In this document: piece by piece, positions 33,631-49,914 of the stretch | How the letters are laid out: every line of letters begins with the position of its first letter | How positions within the stretch are numbered: the first letter of the stretch is position 1 | NCBI GenBank assembly: GCA_963575745.1 | Contig: CAUYUJ010000015.1 | Location: 124,001 to 188,000 of the forward strand | Reading direction: 5' to 3' | Source: Prorocentrum cordatum | Lineage: Eukaryota | Length of the DNA: 64,000 bases | Position numbers and translations under genes: made by a program | Notes under the pieces: generated by a model | What the model was told of the DNA's origin: nothing | Databases searched by the model: none | The model's input: the letters and a program-made list of their open reading frames with translations, nothing else

Positions 33631-34955
33631 AGGCCTCCGGCGGTGCTCCCAGGGCCCCTTCGGGCATCTGGGGGAGGGGGGTCGGAGGGGGTGAGGGGGG
33701 AGTGAGGAGGGGGGAATACAGGCTGATGACACCAGCCACGAAGATTTAAAGATTTCAATCCTGGCCCAGACCGCGCGCGATAGCGCGCGCAGTGCTTGGG
33801 AAGGGCCCGCCTTTGGGATGGGATAACACTCGTAGTGCAAAGCGCTGCGAGCGACATTCAGGGCTCCACGTGGAGCCGCGACGCTCAAAATGAAAAGAAA
33901 AAACTGGCCGAGTCGGATTTGATTATTGATGTCCTGGAGCTTCGGCGCCGTCGAGTTTCCTGGAGCTTCGGCGCCCAAATCGGCTTGTGTTTGATTTCCT
34001 GGAGCTCCGGCGCCTTCGATGCGAACGGTCCTGGGGAAGGTCTCCAGACCTCTGGGGGTCGACAACTTGAACAAAAAACGAAACGATGTCGGCTGTGCAC
34101 GCCCGCTCTACCGCTGCTCCCTGGGCGCCGTCGCAGTGGGGCGCCTTCCTACTCCTCGAATTCCCCCTCCTTCTCTTCACCTCCTCCACCGCCCTCCTCG
34201 CCCTCCTTCCATGCCCGCCGCGCCCCCCAACCAGCGCTTGCACTTTGGGATTCGCCTATCAGTGCTCGCATACTTCCTCGAACAGTGCTCGCGCTACGAC
34301 TCCTCGCGCAGTGCCTAACTTTCCCTCTTGTTATCGCGCCCGCTTTGGCTCAAATATGCGAGGCCCCCCAAAGAGTCGCCACGATGCGACTAAACCCTAA
34401 CAGTGCGTTCCAGCATACTATGGGTGCAATCTACGCGGCGACGGCCAGGTGGCGCAAGCAATGTTGCGCAAGTTGCCAAGGGTGCAGTGGCCAGACATCC
34501 CCCCTGTCATACTCCTTCTCCTTCTTCTCCTCCCTCCCCCCTCCCTATCCTCCTTTCGCTGGCTCGCTCGGCGCTGTTATTTGCGCCCCCCCCTGTCAGG
34601 CCTGGCTCAGGACCGTCTTGGAGCCCTCGTGGGCAATATTTGACGCGTCTTGGACAGTAGGCCTCCTGGGGGCGCTCTCAGGGTCCTTTTTCGGGCCGTC
34701 TTGAGGTGATATTCGGGGCCCTTGTTATATCCATGTGTACATGCGCGCGCAGGCGCGGACGCATATGAACGTACATAGCTAATATCTTGTTTTATATATA
34801 TACACATATATTTGTATACATATATCTGCATATACATCTACGCTTATATAAGCACATGCACATGTACATGTATACATAGCTCTACTATGGAATGAATACA
34901 TACGTACATGCATACATACGCAGATTCTACATAGATGCGCGCTCACACACATGTA

Positions 34956-34986
<31 letters not shown>

Positions 34987-35340
34987 CGGAGGCTGGGGGG
35001 TGAGATCGAAGTGGAACGGAGAGCCCCCCTACCGGGAAATCGATTTCGGTTTCGCGTTCGTGCGCGCCGTGCGGGCGGGGCGAAGCTGCGCGGGCGGGCG
35101 AGAGAAAGTCTCCTGTGGCTGAGGCGCGGCCGGACCAAATGATTCCCTTCCGGGCGGCCGGGGCCCCGCGGCGCCCCGCCGGTGCCCCGCTGGTGCCCCG
35201 TGTGGCTGAGGCGCGGCCGGATCAAATGATTCCCTTCCGGGCGGCCGGGGCCCCGCGGTGCCCCGCCGGTGTCCCGCGGCGCCCCGCGGTCTCCCGCGGC
35301 GCCCAGCGGTGCCCCGCCGGTGCCCCGCGGTGTCCCGCGA

Positions 35341-36330
35341 GGATGATGATGATGAGATGATGATGATGATGATGACGATGATGATGGTGCCCCGATGACG
35401 ATGATGATGTTGACGATGGTGTCGATGATGATGATCGTGTCCCGATGATGAGGATGATGATGATCATGATGATTATGTTGATGATGATGACGATAATGGT
35501 GTCCCGATGATGATGATTCCGATGATGTTGGTGATGATGATGTTGATGGAAATGTTGCCCCGGCGATAATGATGTTGATGATGATGTTGATGATGATATT
35601 GGTGTTCCGATGATGATGATGATGATGTTGATGATGATGGTGATGCTGATGGTGTCCCGATGATGATGATAATGAGAATGACGATGATGTTGATGATGTT
35701 GCTCATGATGATGATGGTGCCCCGATGATGGTGATGTTGTTGATGATGATGATGTCGATGATGATGATGCGATGATCATGATGGCGATGGTGTCCTGAGG
35801 ATGATGACGATGCTGATGATAATGTTGATGATGAGAACGATGGTGATCATGATGGTGTCCCGATTATGGTGATGATTCTGATGATGCTGCTGATGATGGT
35901 GGCGATGACTGAGTCCCGATGATGATGATGCTGATGAGATGATGATGGTGATGGTGATGATGTTGTCCCGATGATGATGCTGACGTTGATGATGATGTTT
36001 ATGGCGATGCTGTTGACGGTACCCTTATGATGATGACGATGTTGGTGATGATGTTGATGTTGATGATGTTGTTGTCTTTGATGATGATGATGATGACGTT
36101 GATTGTGAGAGCGATTGTGATATCGACAGTGAGATCGATATTGAGACCGAATGTGAGATCGATTGTGAGATCGATCGATTGTGAGATCGATTGTGAGATC
36201 AATTGTGAGATCGATCGAAAGAGATAGATCGAGTGAGATCGATTGTGAGATCGATCGAGTGAGGTCGATCGAGCGAGACCGATAGTGAGATCGATAATGA
36301 GATCGGTAGTGAGACCGATCGAGTGAGACG
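35341..36330. repeat. (GAT)n microsatellite punctuated by gtgtcccgat, grading into the 12-bp GATC satellite at ~36100
   Basis: Directly visible. Followed at ~36329 by the same gttggttcc...cccgaagggtggtcgtataggt module as ~6143. Confidence 0.92.
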
Positions 36331-36554
36331 TTGGTTCCCCCCCCCCCCCCCGAACCTCCTCATCGCCCGAAGGGTGGTCGTATAGGTATATGTGTGTATA
36401 TATTAATTGTCATGCATCTATACATAGATACATCCAGAGTTCTACATACATACTCATACAACATCAGACATACAGATTCATACATACATACTCATGTCGG
36501 CGGCCGGCGGATCGGCCGTCGGCGGCCGCCGGGTCGGCTGCGGGCCGCAATGTG

Positions 36555-37310
36555 CAGTTGAAAACTCAATGATGAACACCCAATGTAAGAATTCATTCTC
36601 TGGGCACAAGGGGCGATCATGTGAATTTCGAATATAAGAAAACGCGTGCGAAATGCATCGCGCGCGCGCCGGCGGTCGGCGGGCCGCGCGCCCGCGATGC
36701 GTTTGTATTTGTTTTACGCATATGGTCACGATGCTAACTTGGAAATCCGATGGTGGAAAGCCAATGTAAAATTTCACTCTCTGATCAACAGAGGCGGTCA
36801 TATGAAAGTCGAACGCATGGAAACGCACGCAATACGCATCGCGCGCGCGACCCGCCGGCCGCCAGCGCGCGCGCGCGATGCGTCTGTCTTTGGTTTATAC
36901 ATATGTGTCACGACGTTAACTTGAAAATCCGACGGTGAAAACCCAATGTAAAATTTCATTCTCTGGTCCCAAGAGGCGACCAGATGATGGTCGCATGCGT
37001 TTCCGTATTTTCAACCTTCATATGACCGTTTCTTGGGATCAGAAACTGGAATTCAACATTGGGTTTTCACCATTGAGTTTCGGGTGGCCCCCCGCGTGTG
37101 TATATATATATATATATGAATGTATATATATATATATATATATATATGAATGTGTATATATGTGTATATATACATATATATATATATCACAAACATAAGT
37201 ATATATACACATATACAACCAATACAGACGCATCGCGCGCGCTACATTGGCACGATCACATCTTGGGACCAGAAAATGAAATTTTACATTGAGTGTTAAC
37301 CATCGGTTTC
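36555..37310. repeat. ~180-bp tandem repeats with inverted copies and internal CG hairpins (subterminal array)
   Basis: ccaatgtaa.a.ttca.tctctg at ~36580, ~36761, ~36943; reverse-complement copies at ~37035-37075 and ~37265-37305; gcatcgcg...cgcgatgc stems. Confidence 0.8.
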
Positions 37311-37484
37311 TCCCCAGTTAGCACTATACACACATATACATAAACATATATGTATGTATACATTTACATAGGTGTGTAAACGAACATGAATCATACAGGC
37401 ATAAAGTGTACACACTTCTTCGCACATATACACGTATACACATATATGTGTATGTTTGTACATGTCATATATATATACATATAT

Positions 37485-37535
<51 letters not shown>

Positions 37536-37640
37536 ATACATCACGTTTATCATACATAGCATGTGTATAGCACCAAGTGCATATTTCACATACGTCACGC
37601 ATATCACATATACCCCCATGCATCGCATATCAGCACGCAC

Positions 37641-37727
37641 GCTTGCATGCTGCGCGCGCGCGAAGAAGGCCCAGAAGGGGAGTCAGTCGACCCCGGGCGC
37701 CAAAGGGCACACCTTAACGTCGGGCGA
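37641..37727 (-). repeat. Right terminal inverted repeat (candidate)
   Basis: ...gaagaaggcccagaaggggagtcagtcgaccccgggcgccaaagggcacaccttaacgtcgggcga. Confidence 0.85.
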
Positions 37728-40263
37728 ATCGCGCCCCCCCCCGCCCCGGGCGCGGCCCGCGCCGAGGCCCGCGCGCTGCAGAGGGCGTCGACGCCGCGCG
37801 CGAAGACGGAGCAGGCCCCAGACGACTCCCGCATCAAGGATGGATAAGGGAATCAATAGATGGAGGACGTGGGAATGAAAATGTAGACGAGGACGCGGGG
37901 GCGCGGGGGGCGCGGGGGCGCGACGCGCGGAGGGGGGGGGCAGCATACTATAGTTTTGATGATGAGGAGGATGTAGGGATGAGGCTGATTGACCGTTGCT
38001 GCGCGAGTTGGGGCTGGAAGTAGCACGGCGGCGAACGCGTGCGCGAGGGAGGTTCTTCTGCCTATCCCACTTGCCCCAATTCTTGGGCGGCGCGTCCCCG
38101 AGCGATCGCGGGGGCGACGGGGTCGGCGTCTGACGTTTAGCGGTGCGTTCTCTTTCTTGGGCGCCCCCCTGTCCGCGCCCTCGCCCCGCCCCCGCCCCGC
38201 CCGGGGCCAGGCCGAGGCAGGCGCGGCCGGGGCTGATGCCGGGGGGTGTTCGAGCAGAGGGCGGGCGGAGATGAGCAGGGGATCTGAGCAGAGGGCGGGC
38301 GGAGATGTCGAGGCAACCGTTGATTTGAGGGGGGGGGGGGGGGGGGGGCTCTTCCCCGCGGGGCGCGACCCGCCCGCTGACCGACGCGCGCAGAGCGGCC
38401 GCCGCCGCATTCACCAAGAAGCGAGCCCGACGATCGGACCCAGCCTGCAGATGTGAGAAGCCGAGGGAGGCGAGCAGGAGGAGGGCGCGGGGGCCGAGGG
38501 GAACTTCGCGATGGAAACGGGCGGGGGAACGGGGGGGGGCGAGATGGCTGGGCGCCGCCGACCCCGCTCGCCCTTTGGGGCCGCGCGCGAACGCAGGGCA
38601 AGCTCGCGCCAGCGGGCGCGCCCGGACCGCGGCATGCGACGCGACGCGGCAACTTCGGATGGTCCAGTCGGCTTCTGTTGTTGTTTTTTGTTTGTCGATT
38701 CCATTCGGAACAATTCCTCCACCCCCCTGCCGGGGGGCCATCGCCCCCCCCCCCCCCCCAGCCACACTTGTTGCCCAACTTGCGGTGGGCGACGGCGCTT
38801 GGGGGGAGGGGGGGGGGGCGGGCCCCGGCAGGGCAGGGCGGGCCCCGGCAGGGGCATTGAACTCAGGGGGGAACGCGAAGAGAACGCAACGCAATTGCGC
38901 GCGGAAAACAAGGAAGAGGAGGACGAGGAATAACGAAAGGTGAAGGAGGGGCGAAGAGGCGGGACGAGGAGATCAAGAGAGGGCGCACGGGGAGCAACCG
39001 CACGAGAGAACGATTAGACATAACGCGGAGATGGCCAGGAATAATAAGGACTGGCAAGGAGGAGGGGGGGGGGGGGAGGATAGGGGGCGAAGTAGCTTCG
39101 GCAACGCGGTGGCTCTCTCGCGCCTCGGGCGGTCGATCGCAGCCCTGCCGAGCTGGAGGGGGTGGGGGGGTGCAAGCGCGGGCGCCGCGCTGGGCGCTTT
39201 CGGTGGAGCGAATGCTGGGGGGATCGCGGCTTGCATGAGGCAGGTCGAGCTTGCTGGTCTTCGCGCTCTGGTTAGCGAGCCCCGCGAGCTGCAGCGGGGC
39301 GAGAGGGAGAGAACGGAGGGGGGGCGCGCGGAATGGGCATCAACGCAAACCCGTTGAGCAACAACAACGGCATCACTATCATCAACAGCAGCATCAGCAG
39401 CGTCAGCAAACAGCATCAACACAGCAGCATCAACGGCACCAGCAAAACTAACAACCACGACAACAACACCAACAACAACATCAGCAACACCAGGTGACAT
39501 CCGCATCTCAATATTGTTACCAGCGACACGAGCATCACAACTCAACAACAGCAACAACGCCAGCAACAACCACAACAACAATAGCAACAACAAGAGCAAC
39601 GACACCAACAACAGCAACATCAACAGTCATAACAGCAAGAACAACACTTTCAATAACACCAGCAACAACGACATCAGCAACGCCCCGTAGCCTTTTCGCA
39701 ATCCCAGGAGTTCCCCGCCGCCGCGCCCCCTCGTCGCCCCGCGCGCGTGGGGGCGAGGGCCGCCGCTGAAGGGTTGCGCGCGGAGACACCGGGGCCCCGC
39801 GCTCGAACATCGGATGCGGGATTGGGCGGGGGAGCCGGCCTGGGGAAGCGCATGTTGGGCCAGCGCAAGCGTGGAGAGATGCGCGCGGCCGCCGTCATTT
39901 GCTCTTGCGCGCGCAACGCAGGCGACAAGGGAGTGCCCGACCCTGCTGCAGACCCTGCTTCTTCGGATCACGCTGAATGCGTTCGCGCTGCTGTTTCTGC
40001 CCGTTCTGGGGGGAAAGCTTTTTTGGGATGCAGATGCCAATGTGGGGGGATATTTTTGATTCCAAGGAGTTGGTCAGCTTTCCCTTTAACGTGCCGCGTG
40101 GCCAATTTGCTCGATCATATTTAGAGAACCCATCCGAGTTTGACCCCGCGGGGCGGCCGGCGCCCGCGCGCGCGCGCGTCGTCGCGGCCACGCGGGCGCC
40201 AGGGGCGGAGGGGGAAGGGCGGGGGGTCATGCGGGGGCGGGGGAGAAGGGGGGGTGCGCCAAA

Positions 40264-42300
40264 ATGACGCGCACGCGCAAGTGTCGGCCCCTTGACCATC
40301 ATGAAGCAGACGCGCCGCCGCCCGCAATCCCGAAGTTGCCGCGCAACATCCAGGCAGAACTGCCCCGCCAGGTTACTTTTCAGATGCCGCGCCGCCCGCC
40401 TGGAATGATAGCTTTCTCGCTCGTTATTTGTCGAGCGCGATCGCCGGGCAGCGGCCCGCGGGGGGGCAGACAGACCGACGTCGCCTCTCATGGCCGCGAC
40501 GGGGGGGGGAAGGGGGGGCAGGGCTGGCGGCGGCGGGGGCGGGCGAGGCACCGCGGGCGGAGATGGGGCAAGTGGCGCGCTAGCCGGGGCGAGAGCGGCA
40601 GTGCGAGGGGGGGGTGCCGGCCACGTCTCTCTGACCCCCCCCCGACCCCCGCGCCCGGGCAGGCGGCTGATTGCGATCGCCCGCAAATCTGGCGCGCGCC
40701 GTTGCGGCTGCAAGGGCTCTTGCACGCTGGGCCAGCTGTTGCGCGTTATAACATGATCGTGCAACATCATTGCTGAAGGGGGGCGCTCCTGGACTGACCA
40801 CTTGGGCAACCAATTCACGTGCCCGCATCGTTCGGCGAAGCGGGGCAAGCCGCTGGCCCGTGGGTGGGCGGGTGCTCTGGCTGAGTGCCGCGCAGACCTT
40901 TTGAACGTGATAACTGCCTTGGGATTTTCTCTGTGGGATTCGGTTGCCGACCCATGCTGCAAATGCTCTTGCGGCAGGGCGCGCTCGCACGATTTCCCAT
41001 CCACTGTTGGATCGACAATGAGGGGTGAATAAGGGACGGGCGCGCCTATATGAGACAATGACCGGTCGGCCCACCAAGGCGTGTCATGTCGCTGACAGGC
41101 GCGGGTTGTTAAACCCGTTGGGGCCCGTGCTTTTCGACGAGACTTCGGGCGGGCGCGCCGCGTTCAAACAGGCCCCATCCTTGGGCCAGGGCGCGGGGCG
41201 CTGCCGCGTAGAATCGGGGCCCGCGGTGGGCGCCCGCGCTTTGCCCGACCTGCCTGTTTCGGCCGCGAGGTTGGACTTCGCGTTTTTCGACGCGTCGAAC
41301 GGCGTTGGATTCGCGCTGGAGCGCTAACTTTTCCAAGTGCGGGGATTCCCCGCTGACGCGCTGCACTTGGATATGATGCGTTGATTAGACCTCGGAGTCT
41401 CACGGCCCCTGTCGGGCACGGTTCTCCGTTTGCTCACTCAGAACAACTTCGCTCGCCCATCGCGCGCGGCTGCCCGCCTGGGGGCGCGCGACAACCTCGC
41501 GCGGGGCGCGCGACAACCTCGCGCGTCCACGACGGCCGAGGAACCCGAAGTGCGCGCTCCGATCGGCCACCGACCGTTGCGCTTCATGCATGCGTGCATA
41601 TATAGCACTTTGTCTTTGGAAGCGGAGTTGATATGGAAGAGCATTGGGGGGGGGGCACCGCGGCGGGGGGCGGGCGGGGGCGCGGGGGGGCGGGGGGCAT
41701 CCCGCATCGCGCGAGCGTTGGCGGTTCGAAGTTGGCACTGCAGGATCCCCCACCCCAGGCGGGCCCGCGCTGCTTGCGTCGGCGCGCCGCTGGCCAGAGG
41801 GAAGAGGGCGAGGATTCACAGGGTCACGTGCAATCTGCAGAGACCGCCGAAGCAACGCAATCAGGCCCAATTCAAAGCCAAAGCTGTGGAGACGAGACAT
41901 CTAACACAAGCCGCCGCGCAGATGTGCAGGGAAGACATGGAGTTCTGAGGGCGGGGGGGGAGGGCGCGCGCTTCCCATGGCCGTCGGCGCGCTGAACGAC
42001 GCTCGCGCAGCCATGCAAAAACGACCCAGAATCACGAGCGCGGCGTCTTGCCTGCAGCTCCAAAAGTCGCTGCTGAGGTTTTAGCGCTTCGGGAAGGCAT
42101 GCGGTGGCCACTTTTTTTCCAAACGCCGCATGCTTTTCCACGCGGCAGAATTCGTCGCCGAGCACGACGACCCGATATATTATTGGATTTACGCTGACGA
42201 CCAGGAAAATCGTTTAATGGGCACGGCGGCAAAGTCGCCGCGCGCAGTCGGTGCCTTTACACTACAGTATTGCAAAAAGCTCGCCCAGATAACTGTGGAT
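40264..42300 (+). pseudogene. CACTA/Plavaka-like transposase relic
   Basis: Ordered fragments GKPLARGWAGALAECRADL..LGFSLWDSVADPCCKCSC, LHLDMMR*LDLGVS (DxMHxxxLG), FKAKAVETRHL, HMLFH..DPIYYWIYADDQEN; many stops and shifts. Confidence 0.6.
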
Positions 42301-43074
42301 TGCGTTTGCTATGTGTACGTGTGTATATATATATGTATATATGTACACAAGCATCTGCGTATATTCCACGCATCCATGTGACTTACTCATAACGGTGCGT
42401 GCACACACATAAGCATATGCGTATAAGAGTCCACATTGTGCGCATTTTTAACCGCGTGTTTCACCCAGTCCTGCCGCCCTCGGCGCGCGCTCGAGAGCCA
42501 TCTCGCCTGCCCGAGGCTGGACCGCAGAAGGCTTTAATCCACCTAAGCCAGATGCCCCCAACCCGTCCTTTCATCTACCCGTCCATCTCTGCCCTCCTCC
42601 TCCTCTTCCTCCCCCCCCCATCCTCCCCCTTCGCGTTCCTCCGTCATCCCCCTCTGTCTCCCTGGCCGCCGCTGCTCGCGCTGCAGGGGAACGCCCGCCG
42701 CTGCTCGCGCCGCGGGGAGACGCCCTGCGTCGCTGACGCCGCCGCCCCTAAGTGAACTTGGACTGGTTGCCTTGCCTTGATGCGAAATTACCCCAGCGCG
42801 ACCCTACCTAGGAGTTGGAGAATTCAGGAAAGCAACATCTACATCTACACCGGCAGCTACATGTACATCTACACTTGCAGCACACCTACATCAACATCAA
42901 CAGCGAGACTCACATCTACATCTAAAGTTACACCTGCATCTACACCTACATCTACATCTACATATACACCTACATCCACATCTACACCTACACCTACATC
43001 TACACATATATCTACACTTTCGCAGTGGTGTTGGTTTTGATTTGCTGTGCTATTATATAATATAATTCGCGATG

Positions 43075-43520
43075 CTGCTCTATGCTACGCTATGGTATGA
43101 TGTGATATGATGTGATATGTTGTGCTATGCTATGCTGCGTTGTACTGCGCAATGCTATGCTATGCTGCGCTGTGCTATGTTAAGCAGTGCTATGATATGG
43201 TATGCCATGTTATGTTGTGCTACGATATGATTTGTTATGATATGTTATGCTGAGCGATGCGATGATATGTTATGATATGCTATGATTGGCTATGCTATGC
43301 TATGCTGTGCTGTGCGAGTGCTGCGCTATGTTGCGCCGCGCTAAGCTTAGCTGGTATATGCTAAGCTAAGCCAAGCTAAGCCAAGCTAAGCCAAGCTAAG
43401 CCAAGCTAAGCTAAGATGGTCCAAGCTAAGCTAAACTAGGATAGGCAAAGCTAAGCTAAGCTAAGCTAAGCTGAGCTAAGATAGCTTAGCTTAGCTTAGC
43501 TTAGCTTAGTTTAGCTCAGC
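43075..43520. repeat. Pentamer satellites (ATGCT)n then (GCTAA)n/(TTAGC)n
   Basis: Directly visible; strand switch at ~43482. Confidence 0.9.
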
Positions 43521-43521
43521 C

Positions 43522-43830
43522 GGGTGAACCCAGGGGGGGCGGATGCCAGGGGAACCGCCCGGGGCGGTTTCCATTGCCCGGCCCCTGTAAGAAAGAGAGT
43601 AAGAACCTTCTAGGCAGAGCCTAGGTAGGGAATAAACCTGAGCTAAGGTGAAGCTAAGCTAAGCTAAGATGAAATAAGTTAAGCTAAGATGAGATAAGCA
43701 ACGCTAAGCTAAGGGGACGTAGCTGGGGGAACCGCGGGGCGGATGCCGGGGGAACCGCTCGGGGCGGGCCCCACTGCCCGGCCCTTTAAGCTATGGAGTA
43801 AGAACCCTTCTAGGCAGAGCCTAGGTAAGG
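43522..43830 (+). repeat. Two copies of a ~105-bp module ending in the CTAGGC-AGA-GCCTAG hairpin
   Basis: ggcggatgcc.ggggaaccgc...gagtaagaacc(c)ttctaggcagagcctaggta at ~43538-43627 and ~43738-43828. Confidence 0.85.
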
Positions 43831-44559
43831 AAAAAAAGGAAAATAAAGAGATATCTAAAGAAATGCATAACGAAGAAACAACCAACAAACAAACAAGCAA
43901 ACAAACAAACAAACAAAACACTGGCCAGGGCCTGGGGGGGAGGCGCTGGGGACAGTTTGCTTGCCTGCGCCACGCCCGGGCACCCCTGCCACCTTGAGCT
44001 GCTTCTGGGTTTCGCCTTATTCACGTGCCCCCCCCCCGCAGACCGTTCGGGCTTCCCTGGTTTCAACTGGGCCCCCCTCGGGGTCTCGCTGGGGCCCCCG
44101 CCCCCTCCGCCCCGCCATTGTTGGGAACGTCTTGGGTTCAGCGCGCGAGGGGGGGGCGGGGGGGAACGCTGTGCGCCCGCGGTAGAAGACACGCATGTAA
44201 ACGCCTATGCATGTACAGCTGCATAAACATATTCGCATACAGTTACGTATACATGCGCCTTTCAGTTTACACTTGCTTTTGCGTGCATATATCTATGCAC
44301 AAACATGCACACGCGCATAAACTTCTACGTTGGCGCGGGACCCACGGTGCAAGTGTAAGAGGAAGCGCGCGAGTTGCAGTTTGATTGAAGCGTGGGCTGT
44401 CTTCTTTTGCCCTGATCAAAAATGGCGCATTTTTGTGGATTGCGCGTTGACAGGCAAGGGTTTCGATGACTTGATCCCCCCCTTCCCCCCGAGATCGACT
44501 CCGTTCGTCGGCGCGCGCCCGCGCCCGCCGCCGGAAAAAAAACGCGACGACTACGACCG

Positions 44560-48325
<3,766 letters not shown>

Positions 48326-49062
48326 CGTCGCGATATCGCGAGTTGTCCCTTGCGTCGTGAGTTGAACTCATGACGTTTCAAGACGTCGTGAGTTTCTCGC
48401 GACGTTGGAGGTCAGGGGAGGGGCCCGCGCGTCGGCGCAGCCGTGGAAAGCCACAGCTGCGCCGCCCCAGGCCCGGCGGTCAGCCGGCACCCCCCCCCGG
48501 GGGTCCTGCCAGGCTCAGGAAGCGCGCGCGCTTGCCGCGGCACCCCCCAGGGCGGGGATCGCGCCATCCCCGTCCTAGGTCGGAGCCCTGGCCGCCGCAA
48601 TCAGAAATACGCAGCGAGCAGGCGGTGAACCCAGCGCGGCCCGGGCCAGGCATTGCATTCAGTTCGGCGGGGGCATTCAGAGACCCCGGCCGACACGACG
48701 CCGCCTTCCGTCGCAGTTTCTTCCACCTTCTAGCCTCGTCGCCGCCCTGACTCCTGCTCTGCTGCGCTTCCATGGCAGTGCGTTGCCCTGCCGGCCCCCG
48801 CCCGGGCCTGCCGGCACCCCCCCTCCCTTTTGCTTGGTTTTCGGGCCCGCCTCGCAGGTCTGTGGATCTCGGCGCCCTCGCTGCCCCGTCTGCCGGGCCC
48901 CTGCCAGACTACAGCCGGGGCCCTGAAGAAGGAACCCTTCTCGTTGAGGAGGGGCTCGGTTTTCCTTCATTGTTTCACAGTTTGCCTTTTTGCATTTTGC
49001 GCGCCGCGCGCCGCGCCGCAAAATGCAAAAAGGCAAATCCGCGCCGCGCCGCAAAAAATGCA

Positions 49063-49549
49063 TAATCCGCGCGTCGCCGTTTTCGGGACTCTTGGGATCC
49101 TGCTGGTGTGCCAGCGCAGGTTCCTTGTCTTCCTCTTCCTCTCTCTCCTGCTTGTTCTCTTCTTCGCCTTCGTCCTCCTGCCTCTTGGCCGTGGCCCTGC
49201 TCGCTTTCCCCCTCGCCCGTGCCTCCTGCTCGAGATCCTACCAGATAGCTGCCGTCTGGGCATCGCTGTGGCAGCCTTTATGTTCAAGGCCTCCGAGCGG
49301 GGGGGGTAGGAGCTCGCTCAAGACCTACGGGCCGCAAGTACGCATTGGCTCCTCGCTCGACTGTGCCTGTGCCAAGATGCGGAAATATTTGCGTGCATCC
49401 TCTCTCTCATTTGTTGCTTCTTTGTTTGATTGCTCGCGCCTTTCGGCGATTGAGGCTTCGCCTCCCCTGGCGCTCAACGGTGGCGACTTTTCGGGGGGCT
49501 GGTCTACGGGAGCTTGGCTATCTTGCTAACAACGACTCATCCAAGTGTG
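49063..49549 (+). repeat. 5' pseudo-LTR direct repeat
   Basis: taatccgcgcgtcgccg...actcatccaagtgtg matches 55339-55825. Confidence 0.95.
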
Positions 49550-49914
49550 ACGCGGGGAGTGTGGAGCGCCGATCCTACAAGACAGCGTGCACCGCACCCC
49601 GCCTACATAATCCATATTTTCGTTCTTTCCGACGTTATGATGGAACATTTGCTTTTAGACCGAGGGCCGGCATTAAGAGTTGGCGAATTTGCCAGCTCAG
49701 ACAGCAGATGGCTGAATCAAATATCCACGGTCAATATCACCACCTGGCGGATACACAGAGCCTACAACGAAAAGACCAGGGCTATGTATATGACTATCCA
49801 AGAACTACAACAGGCCCATGCCGACTTCCGATCCACCCAGTGGTATCAAGATCCATCTCAACAATGGTTGGAATATGGCCACTGGTTGGCCGACATGTGA
49901 CTTCCTCGGTGACA

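Larger units (their letters stand above)
18903..37727 (+). mobile_element. Candidate ~18.8 kb inverted-repeat-bounded DNA transposon (hAT-like transposase plus methyltransferase cargo), decayed
   Basis: Inverted repeats at both ends enclose co-oriented transposase-like, C5-MTase and MTase-motif genes. TSD not resolved. Confidence 0.6.

Noticed and set aside
43340..43520. Telomeric repeat
   Set aside because: TTAGC/GCTAA pentamer, internal and strand-switching; not TTTAGGG-type.
48921..48975. Hammerhead ribozyme at CTGAAGA
   Set aside because: No GAAA after the stem; lies outside the repeat and looks like an exon end.
48967..49287. Basic protamine/DVNP-like ORF on the minus strand of the pseudo-LTR
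   Set aside because: Frame not preserved in the second repeat copy; arises from a CT-rich tract.
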